From assembly GCA_051942245.1 (NCBI GenBank), contig JAVECL010000192.1, forward strand, positions 1 through 37,614: a DNA stretch of 37,614 nucleotides, read 5' to 3'. The notes beneath the pieces are model-generated. The model worked only from the letters and a program-made list of their open reading frames with translations, searched no databases and had not been told where the DNA came from. This stretch comes from Trypethelium eluteriae (Eukaryota). Numbering within the stretch: position 1 is the first letter of the stretch; each line of letters opens with the position of its first letter. Below are positions 33,341 through 37,614 of this stretch, piece after piece. The translations under genes were made by a program, and so were the position numbers.

Positions 33341-36117
33341 CGTAGTGGTTAAATGATGGGACAGGGGACATTACGAGGGTTGCCATCAGTAGGGAGAGGT
33401 GGTGAAAGGGCGATACTCTTCACTACTTTACAATTTACGCACGATCTCCCTGCTTCATAGGTGAATTCTGCACAATCTCTCCTGCGTGGCTCTTCTGGGC
33501 CTTGCCTACATGATGGCCTTATCAAACTTCCTCCTACAACTCGCATCTCTAGTGGTCATGTGGCTCGGTCGTTACGCTATCCAGAAACCTCACCCCATTC
33601 CGTATCACTATCCAAAAATGAGCTACAGCTGCTTTAGGCAAGTCCTGCAAATTCGTTCAGCGAGATGTGGCTTGTCCCGTTAAGCTGGCAAAGAGACGCA
33701 TTCCTGGAAACGCCCCAGAATATGGTAGAATCTGGTCTAAAATGGGCGTCAATAGGCAAGCTTTGGGTGTGGAGCCTCGAAGCTGCTTTTCTGTAGCGAC
33801 TTTGTGATGATGAAATTGGGTGGTGAAAGCTTGTAGATTAAGCTATGGAGGTGAGAACCTTATATACACGTACACTAGTGGATCACGTGATAGGATTGCC
33901 TGTGCTCATACATCATCACTTTGACTGAAAATTGTGTTCCATCTCTTACCTTTGACGGCATGTATACGGCATTCGAAATATGAGAGTCACTCACTTCCTT
34001 TCTTGCTTGGTTGGAGCCGCTTGCTTGGCTGGAGATGGTTCTCAAGGCGTTTAAATTCATCAGTGTATTACGGCACCAATCAGTAATTCATTAAGAAACA
34101 TGCTGAAGCATGTGATTTGGAGGTATCCAAGTCTGTGATCAGTGTTAAACGAGATCTGCCAAATCCAAAAGCAGAACCAAAAGTTTTCGTGATATTCTGC
34201 ATATACCGATCTCAAAATGGATAACCGCCGACCGTGCAATGCATTCGAAATTTTTCAAGATAAGCTTTGCGACCGAAGTTGTTCCGCGATCTTGGTATTT
34301 AGGTAGAACACGGAGTACTCTAATTAACATACCTAATACATGGTGAAAATCCGACTAGAGGGGTCCTAATCTGCTAGTAAATAGCTAGAATCTTCCATAT
34401 ATAGGTCAAATTTGTATTATTTGAACCCAGCATACCTCAGTGTTTGGTTTCAGGAATTGATCTTACGCGTTTGCACGTGACCTTTACGCGTCAAGTTCGC
34501 GTCAGAGATTTTTGGCATGACTTTCGGAGCCTGCTTGTAAGTAAGCCATTGAAACCCCCTTCAGAACCGAGACCATATATCAATACTCTGAATAGTGCTA
34601 ACGTACTGGCAGAGCCAGCAGAGGCTGCAGCTAAAACAGCATATACTGCAAGCACGCCGTACAGTCTATGACGGTACATCCGGATACAACGCTGGAACCT
34701 TGTCCATAACTCTTATAGAGCCGGTGGCTCGACTAAGGCAGTCGTTCATGCGCGCGATCTTTGATGGAGGTCACGGAGTTTCGGATTCAGGGCCAGGCAG
34801 GCCCAGCTCTCCGCCGCCTAGCTGACGATGTGGTGGTACTTTTCAGGTAGGGGGGTTGTGGGAGTTCGGCACCAATTCGTTCGGATCTCTATCTAGACAG
34901 TCATAGGAGAGACATCGCACGTGCAGAGCAGACCAGGATGCTCCAGCACTGGCAATGGGTGCAAATCTACCTCGACAGGCTGTACCGGAGCCAACGGCAA
35001 ACTCGGACCTCGTTGAGAGCAGGGACCATAGTGTCGACGCTGTGCCAAAAATCCCATCGAGCTGCACACAGCCACACAAAATGGGGCCAGATAGGCGGTG
35101 GATGGGCGAAATATGATTTGAGCAATGGAAGCACGCGAGCCATGGCTGCCTTGCTCGGCGCCTCAAGATTGATGCATGCTGCTTTCTCTAGAGCGGTAAG
35201 CTCAGATCAACCTTGTTACAGTCCATGATGGTTCTGACAATTAAGAGCAACTTCTTGGCAGCTCGTCGTTGTTACCCCCAAAGTAGACGAATTTTCGGAT
35301 ACTACTGGAATCCTAAGCGCCAACCCAGTCTACTTTAGAGTACCTCACAAAAAAAGCTCTCCAGATGAAGTGTTCGATCATGGCGATTCAATCACATATA
35401 GCAAGCCAGCTGAGATTCCAGTCTACTGGCGAAACATCCGAGGGGTGACTCGCTGGAACCCGAAGCGTTGCAGGTCCTCTGAAGATTATTGCCTCCCGCG
35501 CCTGACGTTGACGTGCCTACTCTATCCCTCGAAAAGCAAAGTGTGGCGTTGTGCCTCGAACGCCTCCCCAGCCGCCCTCGCTACACCTTCTAATCATGCG
35601 GCACCCTACATGCAGCCAAGTCGCACTGTGCGGAGTTCACAGCTACTCTCCTCCCATGATTCGTCATGGAAAAGATGACACCTGATGTGTTTTCCCTCGC
35701 AGAGAAGGAGCGTGTCCAAAAATAAATCGGGTGGCCGACTGAAAGCTATCGCTGGCGTAATTGCCTTGGCATTACGAGTACAAAAGCGTAAATTCAATGG
35801 TGTCTGTTATAATTGCTTTTTACACTGTACTCCCTGGATCACCAAGAGTAATACAGGAGCTTGGAAGAGGCTCGGAAGGATGGACTCTTTCTGTGGTGTA
35901 ACATGCTCAGCGCATCTTTCTTGCTACTGTACAGCGCTTCACAACTTCTCGTCTCCAATCAGCGTAAGTGCTGTGGTTCACCAAGCTTCTACAAGCAGTG
36001 TCTGGATTTATTCCATCGTCCATTTTATGCGATTAGCCCTTTCAACCAGAGGAAGAGATACAACCGCAAGGAAACAAGGTTGCCGCAGCTCCTCTGCACA
36101 ATCACATCTTCGAATAC

Positions 36118-37485
36118 ATGGCAAAAGATCAGTACTCATATGAATTCTGCAAATTGCGGAATCCCGCAAAGCAGCTACGAATTCTTAAGATCAATGGCGG
36201 TGGCATAGCGATTGACCACCCCATTGAATGCGAACCGGTCCAGCGAGAGAGCAAAGGCGGGAGAAACGAATACGTCGCTTTATCATGGTGCTGGGGTCCA
36301 CGCGACCAAATAGACAAGGAGTCAAGCATAAGAATAACCCACAACAACAAGAACTATGCCTTCCCTGTTCCCGGAACCCTTCTGTCAGCACTAAAGGTCC
36401 TCCGTCTTTTTGAGATTACAGAATTATGGGTGGACGCAATCTGCATCGACCAACAAAATGTGGAAGAAAAGAACAACCAGGTGCCCTTGATGTCTATGAT
36501 ATATGGCGAAGCCAAGTCTGTGTACATCTGGCTTGGGAAGGATGAGGGTGATGGGAAGATGGCTTTCAATTTCATAAGGAATGGCATCCTCAACTTACAA
36601 CGCTTCGACCAGTTAATCAAAGACACTCCACAAGAGGATGAATGGAATTCAGTGAAACAGTTGATGACGCGCGAATATTTTTCGAGACGTCGGATAGTCC
36701 AAGAGGTTGCACTTGCGAAACAAGCCTTCCTTCTATATGGAGAGAATCAAATCACTTGGCTTGATTTTGCGGATGCAATATCGCTTTTCAATAGCATTGA
36801 GACAAGGACGAGAATTCTTTCTGAAAATATGAAGTCGGTCAGAGATTTTGGGCACGTACCAGAATTTTTTGGCGACGTCGCAGCTCTACCAGCAACGCAC
36901 CTCGTCGAAGTCACCAATAATATTTTTCGCCGGCATAGCGACGGAAAAAGAGAAGCTTTATTGAGCTTGGAGTCCTTGGTGTCAACTTTTACAGCTTTCA
37001 GCTCCAGTGAAGCACGCGACACGATCTACGCACTTCTCGCAATTGCAAGAGACACTTCTCCGCAGACTGGCATGCATAAAGTGCTGGATATGGCCAAGAT
37101 GAAGAAGTTCAAAGATATGAGACACGCTTACAGACTATTCGAGTTTGTTGTAGGACACCTTGAGGAACGTACCGAGGGGAAAGCGTATAGGGTTGACTAC
37201 AATCGACCTATCTCCGATGTTTTTGTTGAATTTGTGGACTTCGCAATCCGGCGCTCGGATGGACCAAAGGCTCTAGATATTCTTTGCAGACCATGGGCGC
37301 CAGATCCAGATGATCTTAGGGAGTCTGATCCGAAACACGGGCTTTGGCGAGTAAGATACAGCAAAAAAATAGACATCGGTAAAAAAAAAGGATGCTACGA
37401 TACACTACCTTCTTGGATCAGGAGTTCTAGTCACGCTTCGCATGGCCTTGAAGTAGAGGGCTCTAGGATGGCTCAGCGCTCGTAA
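36118..37485 (+). CDS. HET-domain (heterokaryon incompatibility, HET-6-like) protein, 455 aa, probably 3'-truncated or continuing past the window
   Basis: EYVALSWCWG, LWVDAICIDQQNVEEKNNQVPLMSMIYGEAKSVYIWLG, YFSRRRIVQEVALAK, EARDTIYALLAIARD, VDYNRP, LDILCRPWAP, LPSWI. The ORF runs into AT-rich sequence after 37485; GTAAGC at 37482 could be an intron donor. Confidence 0.9.
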   Translation: MAKDQYSYEFCKLRNPAKQLRILKINGGGIAIDHPIECEPVQRESKGGRNEYVALSWCWGPRDQIDKESSIRITHNNKNYAFPVPGTLLSALKVLRLFEITELWVDAICIDQQNVEEKNNQVPLMSMIYGEAKSVYIWLGKDEGDGKMAFNFIRNGILNLQRFDQLIKDTPQEDEWNSVKQLMTREYFSRRRIVQEVALAKQAFLLYGENQITWLDFADAISLFNSIETRTRILSENMKSVRDFGHVPEFFGDVAALPATHLVEVTNNIFRRHSDGKREALLSLESLVSTFTAFSSSEARDTIYALLAIARDTSPQTGMHKVLDMAKMKKFKDMRHAYRLFEFVVGHLEERTEGKAYRVDYNRPISDVFVEFVDFAIRRSDGPKALDILCRPWAPDPDDLRESDPKHGLWRVRYSKKIDIGKKKGCYDTLPSWIRSSSHASHGLEVEGSRMAQRS

Positions 37486-37614
37486 GCATAAGTGGATACT
37501 GAAGAATGCATAAATAATGCAATGAATACACATAAATATCACAACATTAAATCCAAATCTAATCAATATATATACAATAAATCGATTTAGATGTCAAAGA
37601 ATTCATATTTATTA

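Noticed and set aside
34843..35166. Minus-strand Cys/Gly pattern (CSSMGF..GT, GSGTACRGRF) resembling a decayed chitin-binding domain
   Set aside because: Requires assumed frameshifts and substitutions; could be chance. A TBLASTN with CBM18 proteins would decide.
35370..36208. ORFs upstream of the HET gene as extra exons or partner genes
   Set aside because: No convincing splice sites or motifs; the HET ORF has its own plausible ATG at 36118.

Overview
Filamentous ascomycete genomic DNA with short GT-AG introns and CTRAC branch sites, in two distinct compartments. Left (about 0.5-13.4 kb): an intact, GC-rich, compact secondary-metabolite cluster. It holds a Frm2/Hbn1-type nitroreductase, a DHA1 MFS pump, an Atr1-like DHA2 MFS pump and a 13-exon non-reducing PKS (SAT-KS-MAT-PT-ACP-ACP-TE, about 2145 aa, one GC-AG intron) resembling the basidiomycete-type (ArmB-like) orsellinate synthases. 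Right (about 14-37.6 kb): a decaying accessory-type region. It holds surface and secreted protein genes, many disrupted genes (frameshifted membrane protein, MFS pseudogene, nonsense F-box, orphan Cys-rich fragment, truncated LysM gene), a 520-bp hAT-like non-autonomous element and possible solo LTRs. It also holds a candidate cell-death/non-self-recognition island: two head-to-head HeLo-like genes, one fused to a kinase-like remnant (MLKL-like layout), plus a HET-domain gene. Exon boundaries were read by hand. Family assignments come from motif recognition, not database searches.
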